This document shows positions 47,818 to 59,753 of a stretch of DNA of 64,000 nt, in pieces. A program made the position numbers and the translations under genes. Each line of letters starts with the position of its first letter. Position 1 is the first letter of the stretch. The notes beneath the pieces are model-generated. The model worked only from the letters and a program-made list of their open reading frames with translations, had not been told where the DNA came from and ran no database searches. The DNA is from an uncultured delta proteobacterium (GTDB taxonomy: Bacteria; Desulfobacterota; Syntrophia; Syntrophales; UBA5619): the NCBI GenBank assembly GCA_963817385.1, contig CAWFOM010000001.1, positions 256,001 to 320,000 on the forward strand, in the 5' to 3' direction.

Positions 47818-49059
47818 TTGAAAAGAAGAGTGGTCATCACGGGCATGGGCGCCGTAACGCCGCTCGGCAACTCTGTGGCGGAAACGTGGGAAGGGATCTG
47901 CCGGGGGAAATCCGGCATTGACAGAATCACCAAGTTCGACACGACGACCTTCGAGACGAAGATCGCCGGCGAGTTGAAAGGGTTCGATCCGCTCAAGTAC
48001 GTGAACAGAAAAGAGCTCCGGCGTGTGGATGATTTCATCGTCTACGCCCTGGCCGCCGCTGAAATGGCCCTGGCCGACGCCGGCCTGATCGCCGGCGCTC
48101 ACGAGGCGGAAAGGACCGGCGTGATCATCGGCTCCGCAATCGGGGGGCTGGCCACCATCGAGCGGGAAAAAGAGGCGGTCCTCCTGGGGGGACCCCGAAA
48201 GATGTCCCCGTTCACCATCCCGGCCGCGCTGGCCAATCTGGCCGCCGGCCATGTTTCGATCCGCTTCGGGGCGAAGGGACCGATCAACTGCAGTGTCACC
48301 GCCTGCGCCACTGGGTCCTGCTCCATCGGCGACGCGTCCCGGATCATTGCCGGGGGGTATGCGGACGTGATGATCGCCGGCGGCGTGGATGCGGCGATCA
48401 CCCCGCTATGTATCGCCGGATTCAACGCCATGCGGACCATCTCGAAGCGCAACGACGAACCTCAGAGGGCGAGCCGCCCCTTCGACCGGGAGCGCGACGG
48501 TTTTGTCATCAGCGAGGGGTGCGGCTTGGTCATTCTGGAAGCCCTGCCCCATGCCTTGGAACGCGGCGCCCGGATCTACGGCGAACTCGCCGGGTACGGC
48601 AACACCAGTGACGCGTTCCACATGGCGGCCCCGCCCGACGGGCATGAAGGCGCCGCCCGGTGCATGAAGGCCGCCCTGCGGGATGCGGGAATGGATGCGG
48701 CCGATATCGATTACATCAACGCCCACGGGACCTCTACCATGATGAATGACGCCTTTGAGACCGAGGCGATTAAAACCGTCTTCGGGGAGCACGCGCGCCG
48801 ACTCGCCGTCAGTTCGACCAAATCGATGACCGGCCACATGCTGGGGGCAGCCGGGGGGCTGGAGGCGATCCTCTGCCTGAAGGCGATCGGTGAAGGAGTG
48901 CTTCCCCCGACGATCAACCTCGACACCCCGGATCCCGATTGCGACCTGGACTACGTGCCCCATCAGGCGAGACCGAGCGAGATCCGCACCGCCATGTCCA
49001 ACACCTTCGGTTTCGGCGGAGTGAATGCAGTGCTGATCTTCAGAAAAATGGACGAATAG
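47818..49059 (+). CDS. fabF: Beta-ketoacyl-ACP synthase II
   Basis: RRVVITG, TACATG, HGTST, GHMLGAAG, FGFGG. Confidence 0.95.
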   Translation: MKRRVVITGMGAVTPLGNSVAETWEGICRGKSGIDRITKFDTTTFETKIAGELKGFDPLKYVNRKELRRVDDFIVYALAAAEMALADAGLIAGAHEAERTGVIIGSAIGGLATIEREKEAVLLGGPRKMSPFTIPAALANLAAGHVSIRFGAKGPINCSVTACATGSCSIGDASRIIAGGYADVMIAGGVDAAITPLCIAGFNAMRTISKRNDEPQRASRPFDRERDGFVISEGCGLVILEALPHALERGARIYGELAGYGNTSDAFHMAAPPDGHEGAARCMKAALRDAGMDAADIDYINAHGTSTMMNDAFETEAIKTVFGEHARRLAVSSTKSMTGHMLGAAGGLEAILCLKAIGEGVLPPTINLDTPDPDCDLDYVPHQARPSEIRTAMSNTFGFGGVNAVLIFRKMDE

Positions 49060-49071
49060 AGGAATACGCGT

Positions 49072-49539
49072 ATGGCAGGGGAAAAGATCATCATCGGCGC
49101 AGATCATGCCGGCTACACCCTCAAGGAGGCCCTCAAGCCCCTTCTCACGGAGATGGGGTTCGACGTCACCGATGCCGGGACGGACAGCGACCGGCCCGCG
49201 GACTACCCCGATTTCGCCGCCCGCGTTGCCGAAGCGGTTTCCACCGGCGTTTTCCCGAGGGGAGTTCTGATCTGCGGCTCCGGCGTGGGGATGGCGATCG
49301 TCGCCAACCGGTTCCCCGGCGTCAGAGCAGCCGTCTGTCTCGACGAGGAGACGGCGCGCTCGAGCCGGATGCATAACGACTCCAACGTCCTTGTGCTGGC
49401 GGGGAGAAAAACGGATCCGGAGACCGCCCGGGCGATCGTCCGGGTGTGGCTTGCGACCCCGTTCGAAGGGGGGCGCCACCAGAAACGTCTCGACAAGATC
49501 ACCGATACGGACATGCGATTGCGCACGAAAAAGGAATAA
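49072..49539 (+). CDS. rpiB: Ribose-5-phosphate isomerase B
   Basis: ADHAG, DYPD, CGSGVG, FEGGRH. Confidence 0.95.
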   Translation: MAGEKIIIGADHAGYTLKEALKPLLTEMGFDVTDAGTDSDRPADYPDFAARVAEAVSTGVFPRGVLICGSGVGMAIVANRFPGVRAAVCLDEETARSSRMHNDSNVLVLAGRKTDPETARAIVRVWLATPFEGGRHQKRLDKITDTDMRLRTKKE

Positions 49540-49615
49540 CGACAGACAGAAGCACACTTCGGCGATCGCAGTGCGCGGACGCCGGGAATAACAACAAACG
49601 GGAGCAGATACATTC

Positions 49616-50873
49616 ATGTCCTATTTGATGCAGGCCGACCCGGAGGTGGCAGAGGCCATCCGGCAGGAAACCCGGAGACAGGCGGGAAAACTCGAGATGA
49701 TCGCCTCGGAGAACTTCGTCAGCGAGGCCGTTCTGGAGGCCCAGGGGAGCGTCATGACGAACAAGTACGCCGAGGGCTACCCGGGCGAGCGATACTATGG
49801 GGGATGCGAGTTCGTCGACATCGTGGAGCGGCTGGCCATCGAGCGGAGCAAGAAACTCTTCGGTGCGGAACATGTGAACGTCCAGGCGCACGCGGGTGTT
49901 CAGGCCAACATGGCCGTCTATTTTTCCGTCCTGGAACCCGGGGATACGATCCTGGGAATGAATCTCTCCCACGGGGGCCATCTCTCCCACGGAAGTCCGG
50001 CCAGTTTTTCCGGACGGTTCTATCACGGCGTTTTCTACGGGGTGGACCGCAAGACCGAGACCATCGACTTCAACCAGGTGGAGTCGCTCGCCATGCAGCA
50101 CCAGCCGAAGATCATCGTCGTCGGCGCCAGCGCCTACCCCCGGACCATCGATTATGCAAAATTCCGGGAGATCGCCGACCGGGTCGGGGCGCTGATCCTG
50201 GCCGACATCGCCCATATCGGCGGCCTTATCGCCGCCGGTCTCCACCCGTCGCCCGTGCCGCACTGTGAATTCGTCACGATGACCACCCACAAGACCCTCC
50301 GGGGTCCGCGCGGCGGGCTCATCATGTGCAAGCAGCCGTTCGCCCAGGCCCTCGATGCCAAGATCTTCCCGGGGATGCAGGGCGGTCCCCTCATGCACAT
50401 CATCGCCGCCAAGGCCGTGGCGCTCAAGGAAGCCCTCACCGACGACTTCAAACGGTACCAGGCCCAGATCGTGAAAAACGCCGCAACCCTCGCCGAGACC
50501 CTTCAGACAGCCGGCTTCCGCCTCGTCTCGGGCGGCACGGACAACCACCTGATGCTGGTCGATCTTACCGACTCGGGTATCACCGGCAAGGAGGCGCAGG
50601 AGACCCTTGACCGGACGGGGATCACGATCAACAAGAATGCCATCCCCTTCGACACGAAAGGTCCGCATGTGACAAGCGGCATCCGCATCGGGACTCCCGC
50701 CTTGACGACGACGGGGGATGAAGGAGGCCGAGATGCGGCAGATCGGCGGACTCATCGCCGACGTCCTGAAGGATATCCATAACGAAAACCGCCTGGCCGA
50801 GGTCCGGGAAGAGGTGACGGTACTCTGCGGGCGGTTCCCGCTTTATGCGGAAAGGATCCGTGATAACAGGTAA
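49616..50873 (+). CDS. glyA: Serine hydroxymethyltransferase; frameshift near 50715
   Basis: [26 protein letters not shown]-terminus RFPLYA in another frame. Confidence 0.95.
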
Positions 50874-50895
50874 CAAACCCGGAGGGTCCTGAAAG

Positions 50896-51384
50896 ATGGA
50901 AAGGATCGGACAGGGGGAAGAACGGCAGATCGACGGCGCAGCATCCGGACGGCCGGCATGGGATGATTATTTTCTCGATATCGTCGGGATTGTGGCCAAC
51001 CGCGCCACCTGCATCAGACGCCGCGTCGGCGCAGCCCTGGTCCGCGACCGGCGGATCCTCTCGACGGGGTATAACGGCGCACCTTCGGGACTCCGCCATT
51101 GTCTGGAAATCGGTTGTCTCCGCGAACAGATGAGCATCCCCTCCGGCGAACGCCATGAGCTCTGCCGGGGGCTGCACGCCGAGCAGAACGCCATCATCCA
51201 GGCGGCGCTGCACGGGGTCGGGGTGAACGGGGCAACCCTCTACTGCACGAATCACCCCTGCATCATCTGTGCGAAGATGATCATCAATGCCGGCGTCGTC
51301 CGGATTGTGGTCGGGGGGGAGTACCGGGACCGTCTTGCCGAAGAGATGCTGACGGAGGCGGATATCGAGGTGATTCGGCGATGA
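50896..51384 (+). CDS. dCMP/cytidine deaminase-family protein (ComEB-like)
   Basis: [19 protein letters not shown]. Confidence 0.9.
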   Translation: MERIGQGEERQIDGAASGRPAWDDYFLDIVGIVANRATCIRRRVGAALVRDRRILSTGYNGAPSGLRHCLEIGCLREQMSIPSGERHELCRGLHAEQNAIIQAALHGVGVNGATLYCTNHPCIICAKMIINAGVVRIVVGGEYRDRLAEEMLTEADIEVIRR

Positions 51385-51866
51385 AATGTCCTTTCTGCGC
51401 GCACGATGAAAACAAGGTGATCGACTCCCGGATCAGCAAGGACGGCGACGCCATCCGGCGGCGGCGGGAGTGTCTGGGCTGCGGCAAGCGCTTCACCACC
51501 TATGAGTTCGTCGAAGAGGTCCTGCCGGTGGTCGTCAAAAAGGACGGCCGCCGGGAGCCGTTCGACCGGACGAAGATCCGCAACGGCATCAAGAAGGCCT
51601 GCGAAAAACGCCCCATCAGCATGGACGCCATCGAACGTGTCGTGGACAATGTCGAGCGCGCCTGTCAGGAATTCCAGGACAAGGAGATCCCTTCCTCGGC
51701 CATCGGGGAAAAGATCATGCACGAGCTGCAGACCCTCGACGGCGTCGCCTATGTGCGCTTCGCGTCGGTCTACCGGCAGTTTCGGGATGTCAGCGAATTT
51801 TTAGAGGAATTGAAGGACCTCCTCCATGCCAAAAAGGACGGGGAGGGCGGAAGGCAGGAGGGATAG
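51381..51866 (+). CDS. nrdR: Transcriptional repressor NrdR
   Basis: [28 protein letters not shown]. Confidence 0.97.
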   Translation: MKCPFCAHDENKVIDSRISKDGDAIRRRRECLGCGKRFTTYEFVEEVLPVVVKKDGRREPFDRTKIRNGIKKACEKRPISMDAIERVVDNVERACQEFQDKEIPSSAIGEKIMHELQTLDGVAYVRFASVYRQFRDVSEFLEELKDLLHAKKDGEGGRQEG

Positions 51867-51869
51867 CGG

Positions 51870-52548
51870 GTGTTCACGGGAATTGTGGCCGCGACGGGAT
51901 CCGTCCGTCGCCTGACGCGCCGGGGTGAGGACGCCCTGATCGAGATCGACACCTCCCTGGATCTGGACGACGTCCGGATCGGGGACAGCATCGCCGTGAG
52001 CGGCGCCTGTCTCACCGTCACCGCCCTGGGCGGCGGGGGGTTTACCGCGGATGTCTCTGCGGAAACCCTCTTGCGAACGACACTCTCGACCGCGGCGGCC
52101 GGCGAGCCGCGTCAACCTCGAAAAGGCCCTGCGGCTCGGAGACCGCCTCGGGGGGCACATCGTCCTCGGTCATGTCGACGGCGTGGGGAAGATCCGGGAA
52201 AAAACGGTCCGTTCCCATTCGGTCATCTTCGGATGCGAGATCGATCCGGAGCTCACGCGCTATGTCGTTCCCAAGGGATCGATCACTCTCGACGGAATCA
52301 GCCTCACCGTCAATAGCTGTGAAAAAAACCGGTTTTATGTTAATATCATCCCGCATACGGCGGCAGGGACGACACTCGGAATCAAAAAGGTGTCGGACAG
52401 CGTCAACGTAGAAACGGATATTCTCTCCCGGTATGTGGAGAAACTGATCCTCGGGGGAAAGGAAACGGGAGGAGCAGCCGGCCGCTCGGCGAGTTCCGCC
52501 GGAGAGATTGATCTGGACATGCTTTCCCGATACGGGTTTTTGAAATGA
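51870..52548 (+). CDS. ribE: Riboflavin synthase; frameshift near 52100
   Basis: (M)[35 protein letters not shown]. Confidence 0.93.
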
Positions 52549-53747
52549 GCGTCAGCACCATCAAAGAGGCCATCGTCGATATCAGAAGCGGCAGGATGGT
52601 CATCCTCGTCGACGACGAGGACCGGGAAAATGAGGGCGACCTCTGTCTGGCGGCGGAGTTCGTCACGTCGGAGGCGATCAACTTCATGGCCCGATACGGC
52701 CGCGGGCTCATCTGCCTCACCCTGACCGAGGAAGATGCGGAACGGCTTCGCCTGATACCGATGGTCCGGGACAACCGTTCCTGCTTCGGCACGGCGTTCA
52801 CCGTCTCCATCGAGGCAAAGCGGGGAGTGACGACGGGAATTTCGGCGGCGGACCGCGCAACCACGATCCTGGCCGCCGTTGCCGACGGCGCGAGGCCGGA
52901 CGACTTGGTCAGCCCCGGTCATATATTCCCCATCCGCGCCAAGAAGGGCGGGGTCCTGGTGAGAACCGGCCAGACGGAAGGTTCGGTCGATCTGGCCCGC
53001 CTCGCCGGCCTGAAACCCGCCGGTGTCATCTGCGAGATCATGAAAGACGACGGGACGATGGCCCGCATGCCCGACCTGGAGATCTTCGCCCGGGAACACG
53101 ATCTGAAGATCGTGACCATCAAGGATCTCATCGATTTCCGGATGCAGCACGAATCCTTGATCCGCCGGGCGGCGACGGCCACGATTCCGACCCGGTACGG
53201 CGGTGATTTCAAGCTGATCGTCTATGAAAACGATGTAGACGATATGAAACACCTGGCCCTCGTCAAGGGAGAGATATCTCCGGAGGACGAGGTCCTGGTC
53301 CGTGTCCATTCGGAATGCCTCACCGGCGATGTCTTCGGCTCCGAGCGGTGCGACTGCGGCGACCAACTGCATCGGGCGATGGAGATGGTGGCGGAGGTCG
53401 GCAAGGGGGTGATTGTCTACATGCATCAGGAGGGCCGCGGGATCGGCATCGTCAACAAGATCAGGGCCTACGAACTTCAGGAGCAGGGGAAGGACACGGT
53501 GGAGGCCAATATCGCGCTGGGTTTCAAGGAGGATCTCCGGGATTACGGCATCGGCGCCCAGATCCTGGCCGATATCGGGGTCCGGAAGATGCGGCTCCTG
53601 ACGAACAATCCCAAGAAGCTCGTCGGCCTGGAAGGGTATGGGCTTACCATCACCGAACGGGTCCCGATCGAGATCTGTCCGAACGAAAACAACATCCAGT
53701 ACCTCCAGACGAAGAAGCAGAAGATGGGACACATCCTGAAGATCTGA
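52545..53747 (+). CDS. ribBA: DHBP synthase / GTP cyclohydrolase II
   Basis: [31 protein letters not shown]. Confidence 0.96.
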   Translation: MSVSTIKEAIVDIRSGRMVILVDDEDRENEGDLCLAAEFVTSEAINFMARYGRGLICLTLTEEDAERLRLIPMVRDNRSCFGTAFTVSIEAKRGVTTGISAADRATTILAAVADGARPDDLVSPGHIFPIRAKKGGVLVRTGQTEGSVDLARLAGLKPAGVICEIMKDDGTMARMPDLEIFAREHDLKIVTIKDLIDFRMQHESLIRRAATATIPTRYGGDFKLIVYENDVDDMKHLALVKGEISPEDEVLVRVHSECLTGDVFGSERCDCGDQLHRAMEMVAEVGKGVIVYMHQEGRGIGIVNKIRAYELQEQGKDTVEANIALGFKEDLRDYGIGAQILADIGVRKMRLLTNNPKKLVGLEGYGLTITERVPIEICPNENNIQYLQTKKQKMGHILKI

Positions 53748-53811
53748 GAATAGACGGAGGCGGCAGGCCTTCTTAATAGCACAACCAAGATTTTTGTGAG
53801 GAGAACGAGCA

Positions 53812-54276
53812 ATGCCTAAAATTATCGAAGGGAAGATCGTCGCCAAGGGAATGAGGTTCGGCATCGTCGCCAGCCGATTTAACGACTTCATCAGCGGCCG
53901 GCTGATCGAGGGGGCCGTCGATGCCCTCACACGGGCCGGGGCGGATGAAAAAGAGATCCAGATCGTCCGGGTCCCCGGTGCATTCGAACTGCCGCTCACT
54001 GCCAAGAAAATGGCGAAGAGCGGTCGCTTCGACGCCGTGATTTGTCTGGGCGCCGTGATCCGCGGCGCCACCCCTCACTTCGAGTATATCAGCGCCGAGG
54101 TCTCCAAGGGGATCGCCAGCGTGGGTTTGGAGACCGAGGTGCCGGTGACCTTCGGCGTCCTGACGACGGATACCATCGAACAGGCCATCGAACGGGCGGG
54201 GTCCAAGGCGGGCAACAAGGGATCGGATGCCGCCATGTCCGCCATCGAGATGGTTGATCTTTTCAGAAAATTGTAA
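53812..54276 (+). CDS. ribH: 6,7-dimethyl-8-ribityllumazine synthase
   Basis: [20 protein letters not shown]. Confidence 0.97.
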   Translation: MPKIIEGKIVAKGMRFGIVASRFNDFISGRLIEGAVDALTRAGADEKEIQIVRVPGAFELPLTAKKMAKSGRFDAVICLGAVIRGATPHFEYISAEVSKGIASVGLETEVPVTFGVLTTDTIEQAIERAGSKAGNKGSDAAMSAIEMVDLFRKL

Positions 54277-54328
54277 TCGGGGCCGGGCGTAATCGGGATT
54301 CTCTTATCATCGGATCCATGAGGGTTAC

Positions 54329-54790
54329 ATGCACCAGAGGCGGAAGGCACGGGAAGTTGCCCTGCAAGTTCTTTATGAGCTGGATGTTCAAAAGATCAGC
54401 ATCCGGGAAGCCATTGAGCGTTTCTGGGCGAATTTCGACGCACCGGAGGAGACCAGGCAATTTTCTTCTCTTCTGATCGAGGGCGCCTGGAGCAACCGGG
54501 ATGAGATCGATCGCCTGATCAGCGAAAGTTCCGAAAACTGGACCATGGCCAGGATGTCCCGGGTAGACAAGAGTATCCTGCGCATGGCAGTTTACGAACT
54601 TCTGTTCTGCCATGACATCCCCCCGAAGGTCACCCTGAACGAAGCCATTGACCTCGGAAAGGTCTACGGTTCCGAAAATTCGGGCGCGTTTATCAACGGC
54701 ATTCTGGATGCCTTGTACGGAAAGCTGCGCAAGAAGGATACGGATGAAGATCAAGATATCGACAGCATCACCGGATGCCCTGTCCCGTGA
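54329..54790 (+). CDS. nusB: Transcription antitermination factor NusB
   Basis: RRKAREVALQVLY, NEAIDL, FINGILD. Confidence 0.96.
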   Translation: MHQRRKAREVALQVLYELDVQKISIREAIERFWANFDAPEETRQFSSLLIEGAWSNRDEIDRLISESSENWTMARMSRVDKSILRMAVYELLFCHDIPPKVTLNEAIDLGKVYGSENSGAFINGILDALYGKLRKKDTDEDQDIDSITGCPVP

Positions 54791-55352
54791 GACCCTGATT
54801 CTCGGATTCTTCTCTGACGAACGACCGCCGAAAGGGTATTGCGGTCTGGTGGACTGGCGTCTCAACGGGATGATCTCGGCCGAGATCGCCGGCGGCAGGA
54901 TCTCCGGCAATTTTCTGGAAAAGATCGCCTGCGCCTTTCCCCGGCGCATCCGCATCTCCCGCCTCCTCCTGTTCGGCTTGGGGGCACTAACCGAGCTGAC
55001 CTACGACCGACTCTACAATGCCGGTTTCGAGATGGTCAAGACCGTAAACGGAATCGAAGCGACCGACCTGGCCCTTCCGATGCCGGCCGCCGGCAGGGGT
55101 CCCCTGAACCTGGCCGGAATGACCGAGGCCCTGATCACGGGCATCTTTGACGGTGGCGCGGACACTCCGCAGAGGCTTTCGGCCCTGGGTTTGGAAATCC
55201 CCGCTCGGGACGATCATGCATACGACATCCACCGGGGTTTGATGCAGTTCCGACAGAACGCAGGAGCGGCGGATATCGAGATTCTGAACTCCGAAGACCG
55301 GATGGCAGGCGAAACCGGCACAACCGGCCAGGGGCATCCGGAAAAACGGTAA
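54744..55352 (+). CDS. Peptidase M17 N-terminal-domain-like protein
   Basis: FFSDERPPKG..VDWRLNG..LLFGLG. Confidence 0.65.
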   Translation: MKIKISTASPDALSRETLILGFFSDERPPKGYCGLVDWRLNGMISAEIAGGRISGNFLEKIACAFPRRIRISRLLLFGLGALTELTYDRLYNAGFEMVKTVNGIEATDLALPMPAAGRGPLNLAGMTEALITGIFDGGADTPQRLSALGLEIPARDDHAYDIHRGLMQFRQNAGAADIEILNSEDRMAGETGTTGQGHPEKR

Positions 55353-55608
55353 TCTCCCTTCCAACTGAGGCCGGGTAACTTCACCGGTGGCGCCAAGCCG
55401 CGGTCCTAACCCTCCGCATCCCCGATTTCCGGGAAAAATAGGATTGAAAGGGCAGCCCTGATGTGCTACGAAGTGCGCCAAGGCCTTTTGACAATCCGCC
55501 TGCCGGCGAGAAAAACCTTCCCGCAGCGGCCCTGGCCTTCTTCATCTGCCAAGACCTCGTTACAGCCTTGGGGGATGTTCTCCTTACTTTTATCATACGG
55601 AGCGATGC

Positions 55609-58194
55609 ATGGACAGAAAGTACACCCCCTCGGAGATTGAACTGAAGTGGCAGAAATATTGGGAAGAAAAGCGGATCTTCTCCGTCACCGAAGATCCGGC
55701 GAAGAAAAAGTACTATCTTCTCGAGATGTTCCCCTACCCCTCCGGCCGGATCCACATCGGCCATGTGCGGAACTACACGATCGGCGATGTCGTCGCCCGG
55801 TACAAGCGGATGAAGGGATTCAACGTCCTCCACCCGATGGGATGGGACGCCTTCGGCATGCCGGCGGAAAACGCCGCCATCGAGCGGGGGATCCACCCCT
55901 CCGTCTGGACCCATGAAAATATCGACAACATGAAGCGGCAGCTCAAACGGATGGGCTTCAGCTACGATTGGGACCGCGAGCTCGCGACCTGCGAACCGGA
56001 ATACTACCGCTGGGAGCAGCTTTTCTTTCTCTGGATGTATGAAAAGGGCCTCGCCTACAAGAAAAGCTCCACGGTGAACTGGTGCCCCCAGTGCGAGACG
56101 GTCCTTGCCAACGAACAGGTGGAGGCCGGCCTCTGCTGGCGGTGCGGCTCCGAGGTCGGGGAGCAGTACTTGAGCCAGTGGTTCTTCCGGATCACCGCCT
56201 ATGTCGAGGAGCTCCTGGAGTACTGCGACAAGCTTCCCGGCTGGCCCGAGCGGGTCCTCACGATGCAGAAGAACTGGATCGGGAAGAGCTACGGCTGCGA
56301 GGCCTCCTTCCCGCTGGCCGACGGCACGGGGGAGATCAAGGTCTTCACGACGCGCCAGGACACGATCTTCGGCGCCACCTTCATGCTCATCGCCGCGGAG
56401 CACCCCCTCGTCATGGATCTTGCCCGGGGGAAGGAGTGCGAGGGGGCCGTTCGGGAGTTCGTGGAGAAGATCAAGAAGCAGGACAAGAAGATGCGGACCT
56501 CCGAGTATTATGAAAAGGAGGGCGTCTTCCTCGATGCCTGGTGCCTGAATCCCGTCACGGGGCGGAAGATGCCGATCTATGCGGCGAATTTCGTCCTGGC
56601 GGATTACGGAACCGGCTGCGTCATGGCCGTCCCGACCCACGACCAGCGCGACTTCGAGTTCGCCAAAAAGTACAACCTGCCGCTCATCGTGGTGATCCAG
56701 TCTCCCGACCGGGCCCTGAACATCAAGACCATGACGGAGGCCTACACGGACGAGGGGATCCTGGTCAACTCCGGTCCCTTCGACGGGATGGGAAACCTGA
56801 AGGCTCAGGATGCCATCGCGGATCATCTCGTCGCGATCGGCCGGGGGAAAAAGACGGTTCAGTACCGCCTGCGCGACTGGGGCATCTCCCGCCAGCGCTA
56901 CTGGGGGGCACCCATCCCGATGGTGATCTGCGAGGCATGCGGGACCGTGCCGGTCGCGGAAAAGGACCTCCCCGTCATCCTGCCCCGCGACGTGGAGTTT
57001 AGCGGCGAGGGAGGCTCGCCGCTCGCCAAATACGCGCCTTTCGTGGAAACCAGTTGCCCCCGCTGCGGGAAGCCGGCCCGGCGGGAGACCGATACGATGG
57101 ACACCTTCGTCGAGTCCTCCTGGTACTTCGACCGCTTCTGCTCGGCCCGCCATGACGTCAAGCCCGGCCTGGACAGGAAGAAACTGGACTACTGGATGCC
57201 GGTCGACCAGTACATCGGCGGCATCGAACATGCGATCCTCCACCTCCTCTATGCCCGCTTCTATACGAAGATGCTCCGGGATTTCGGCGTCATGGCATGC
57301 GACGAACCCTTTACGAACCTCCTCACGCAGGGGATGGTCTGCAAGGAGACGATGCGCTGCCCGGAACACGGCTACCTCTTCCCGGACGAGGTCCGGGAGG
57401 GGAAATGCATGCATTGCAACCAGGAGGTCACCATCGGCAAGACGGAGAAGATGTCCAAGTCGCTCAAGAACGTCGTGGACCCCGATTATCTGATCGGAGC
57501 CTACGGCGCCGATACCGCACGGATCTTCTGTCTCTTCGCGTCCCCGCCGGAAAAGGATCTCGAGTGGAGCGATCAGGGCGTCGACGGTTCCTTCCGTTTC
57601 CTCAACCGGACCTGGCGGATCATCATGGACTATCTGGAGGAGATCCGGGATGTGACCCCGTTCAACGGCGGCGAACCCCTGGAGGGCGATCTCAAGGCCC
57701 TGCGGCGAAAGACCCACCAGACGATCCGGAAGGTAACGTCCGACATCGAGGATCGTTTCCACTTCAATACGGCGATCAGCGCCGTGATGGAGCTGGTCAA
57801 CGCCCTCTACCAGCTTCCCCGCCCCGCGGCGGACGACCGGCTGGCGCTGAGCGTGGTCCGGGAGACGGTGGAAGCCGTCATCCTGCTCCTCGCCCCGATC
57901 GTTCCCCACATCACCGAAGAGCTCTGGACGCTCATCGGCCGCACGGAGGCCCTGGCCGATGTAGCCTGGCCGGCCTTCGACCCGGCGGTTGCCTCCGAGG
58001 AGGTGATCACGATCGTCATCCAGATCAACGGAAAGGTCCGGAGCCGGATCAGCGTCCCCGCCGATGAGGAGGGCGAGCAGATCAAGGCCCTGGCGCGGAC
58101 CGATGAGAAGATCGCCGGGCAGATCGCCGGCAAGAAGATCGTCAAAGAGGTGTATGTCCCGAAGAAACTGGTAAACATCGTCATTCAGCAATGA
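55609..58194 (+). CDS. leuS: Leucine--tRNA ligase
   Basis: MFPYPSG..HIGH, GWDAFG, KMSKS. Confidence 0.97.
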   Translation: MDRKYTPSEIELKWQKYWEEKRIFSVTEDPAKKKYYLLEMFPYPSGRIHIGHVRNYTIGDVVARYKRMKGFNVLHPMGWDAFGMPAENAAIERGIHPSVWTHENIDNMKRQLKRMGFSYDWDRELATCEPEYYRWEQLFFLWMYEKGLAYKKSSTVNWCPQCETVLANEQVEAGLCWRCGSEVGEQYLSQWFFRITAYVEELLEYCDKLPGWPERVLTMQKNWIGKSYGCEASFPLADGTGEIKVFTTRQDTIFGATFMLIAAEHPLVMDLARGKECEGAVREFVEKIKKQDKKMRTSEYYEKEGVFLDAWCLNPVTGRKMPIYAANFVLADYGTGCVMAVPTHDQRDFEFAKKYNLPLIVVIQSPDRALNIKTMTEAYTDEGILVNSGPFDGMGNLKAQDAIADHLVAIGRGKKTVQYRLRDWGISRQRYWGAPIPMVICEACGTVPVAEKDLPVILPRDVEFSGEGGSPLAKYAPFVETSCPRCGKPARRETDTMDTFVESSWYFDRFCSARHDVKPGLDRKKLDYWMPVDQYIGGIEHAILHLLYARFYTKMLRDFGVMACDEPFTNLLTQGMVCKETMRCPEHGYLFPDEVREGKCMHCNQEVTIGKTEKMSKSLKNVVDPDYLIGAYGADTARIFCLFASPPEKDLEWSDQGVDGSFRFLNRTWRIIMDYLEEIRDVTPFNGGEPLEGDLKALRRKTHQTIRKVTSDIEDRFHFNTAISAVMELVNALYQLPRPAADDRLALSVVRETVEAVILLLAPIVPHITEELWTLIGRTEALADVAWPAFDPAVASEEVITIVIQINGKVRSRISVPADEEGEQIKALARTDEKIAGQIAGKKIVKEVYVPKKLVNIVIQQ

Positions 58195-58301
58195 CGGCGG
58201 ATAGACCGCTTACCAAGACACTCGTCCCGCCCGGTGACGCGAGCGGGGCGGGGAGGAACGGGAGAGAACATGATCTTCGGGGAAAGCAGGGATGGCAACT
58301 C

Positions 58302-58847
58302 ATGAATAACAACCGCAGGCATCGGCTCCTCCTCGTCGGACCGGGTTATGCGGGCGCGCTTATTCTCGTTCTTCTTTTCGCCGGTTGCGGCTACCATTTC
58401 ACGGGAGGGGGAGAATCGATCAATCCCGCCATCCGGACGGTCTTTGTGGATGCCTTCACGAACAGGACCAGTGAGGCCTATGCCGACAGTATCTTCCGCA
58501 CCGCCTTTATCAGCCGGTTCGTCCAGGAAGGCCGTTTCAGACTGGCCGGCAGCCGTGGGGAGGCGGATGCGATCTGCCGGGGAACCATCAAGATGCTGCA
58601 GGTTTCTCCCCTCTCCTACAAGGCAGGCAACCTCTCGGCCGAGGACCGGCTCACCATTATCCTGGAGATCTCCTTCGAAGAGCGGGAGAGCGGCCGGAGA
58701 ATCTGGTCGGACAGCGCCTTCACGGGAACGGGGGATTATCCCGTCACGACGGTCGGCGTGACGGAGACCAGCCGCAAAAATGCCCTCATCAAGCTGGCCA
58801 ATGACACAGCCGAGAGGGCATATCGTTTGATAATGTCCGGATTCTGA
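58302..58847 (+). CDS. lptE: LptE-family lipoprotein
   Basis: Lipobox FAGC-GYHF; canonical position after leuS. Confidence 0.8.
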   Translation: MNNNRRHRLLLVGPGYAGALILVLLFAGCGYHFTGGGESINPAIRTVFVDAFTNRTSEAYADSIFRTAFISRFVQEGRFRLAGSRGEADAICRGTIKMLQVSPLSYKAGNLSAEDRLTIILEISFEERESGRRIWSDSAFTGTGDYPVTTVGVTETSRKNALIKLANDTAERAYRLIMSGF

Positions 58848-58853
58848 GGAGGG

Positions 58854-59120
58854 TTACGCCTTCAGGGTGTTGACCTGTTTCGTCAGACGGGAGATCTTGC
58901 GCGAGGCGGTCTTTTTGTGAAAAGCACCCTTCGCCGCCGCCTTGGCGATGGCCGGAACAGCCTTGGCCAGGGCAGCCTTTGCCGCCTCCGGATCTTTGCC
59001 CTCGACGGCCTCCAGAACGGTCTTGACGCCGGTTCGGATGCTGGACTTCACGGAGATGTTTCGTTCGCGGTGCTTCAGGGCCTGCCTGCTTCTCTTGACT
59101 GCCGATTTATGTACGATCAA
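58854..59120 (-). CDS. rpsT: 30S ribosomal protein S20
   Basis: HKSAVKR..N..KG.FHKKTASRKISRL. Confidence 0.95.
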   Translation of the reverse strand: MIVHKSAVKRSRQALKHRERNISVKSSIRTGVKTVLEAVEGKDPEAAKAALAKAVPAIAKAAAKGAFHKKTASRKISRLTKQVNTLKA

Positions 59121-59211
59121 TAAACGTCCTCCTTCCGATCTTGAATAGTCGGTGGTTTCTATACGAATTCCACTTTCCTGTCAAGGTGAAAATTTTGCAG
59201 GCCGGGAATAC

Positions 59212-59667
59212 CTAACTCTCAAACGTCTTATCGTAATTGATGACCGTACTGCGACGGAAACCGAGGCGTTCGACGAAGCGAAGCAGTTCCTCATTATGTT
59301 CCTCGACAAGCGTTCGTATCGTGCCGACCTTCTCCTCCTGGCAGTAACCCACGAGGGTTCCCAGCAGCCGAACACCAATACCGCGGTTTTGATGATCGGG
59401 ATCCACCAGGATACTGTGAAGAATGCAAACCCCGGTAAATGGTATCATCACATATGCCAGGCGAGCGATGACAAAGCCGATGATGTTGCCGCCGGCTTCA
59501 GCGACAAAACTCATGTCCAGCGGTCCGCCGGGATCGGTCGTAATCATGTCTTTATAGCTCAGGGAACCTTTCGTCTTGCTGAACTTCTTGTCCAGAGCGA
59601 GAATATCGTGGATGTCGTTGCGGGTCATGGGCCGAATTTTTACTGCACTTTGTTCCACATTACTCAT
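59212..59667 (-). CDS. GNAT-family N-acetyltransferase
   Basis: VDPDHQNRGIG acetyl-CoA motif. Confidence 0.88.
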   Translation of the reverse strand: MSNVEQSAVKIRPMTRNDIHDILALDKKFSKTKGSLSYKDMITTDPGGPLDMSFVAEAGGNIIGFVIARLAYVMIPFTGVCILHSILVDPDHQNRGIGVRLLGTLVGYCQEEKVGTIRTLVEEHNEELLRFVERLGFRRSTVINYDKTFES

Positions 59668-59753
59668 GATAGGCACCCCCAAATTATTTCAGATAAGGTA
59701 AAACCGTTGCTTCATGGGTCAGGTCCCGGGCGTTTCCGCTCGAAACCGAGCGA

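Noticed and set aside
55353..55608. T-box riboswitch before leuS
   Set aside because: GGTGGCGCC resembles the T-box core, but no stem I, specifier loop or terminator could be identified
55381..58191. 936-aa antisense ORF over leuS (likewise 52335..54071, 44403..45893, 37047..38807, 19186..20574, 9625..10776)
   Set aside because: Shadow ORFs opposite well-supported GC-rich genes, with no recognisable motifs
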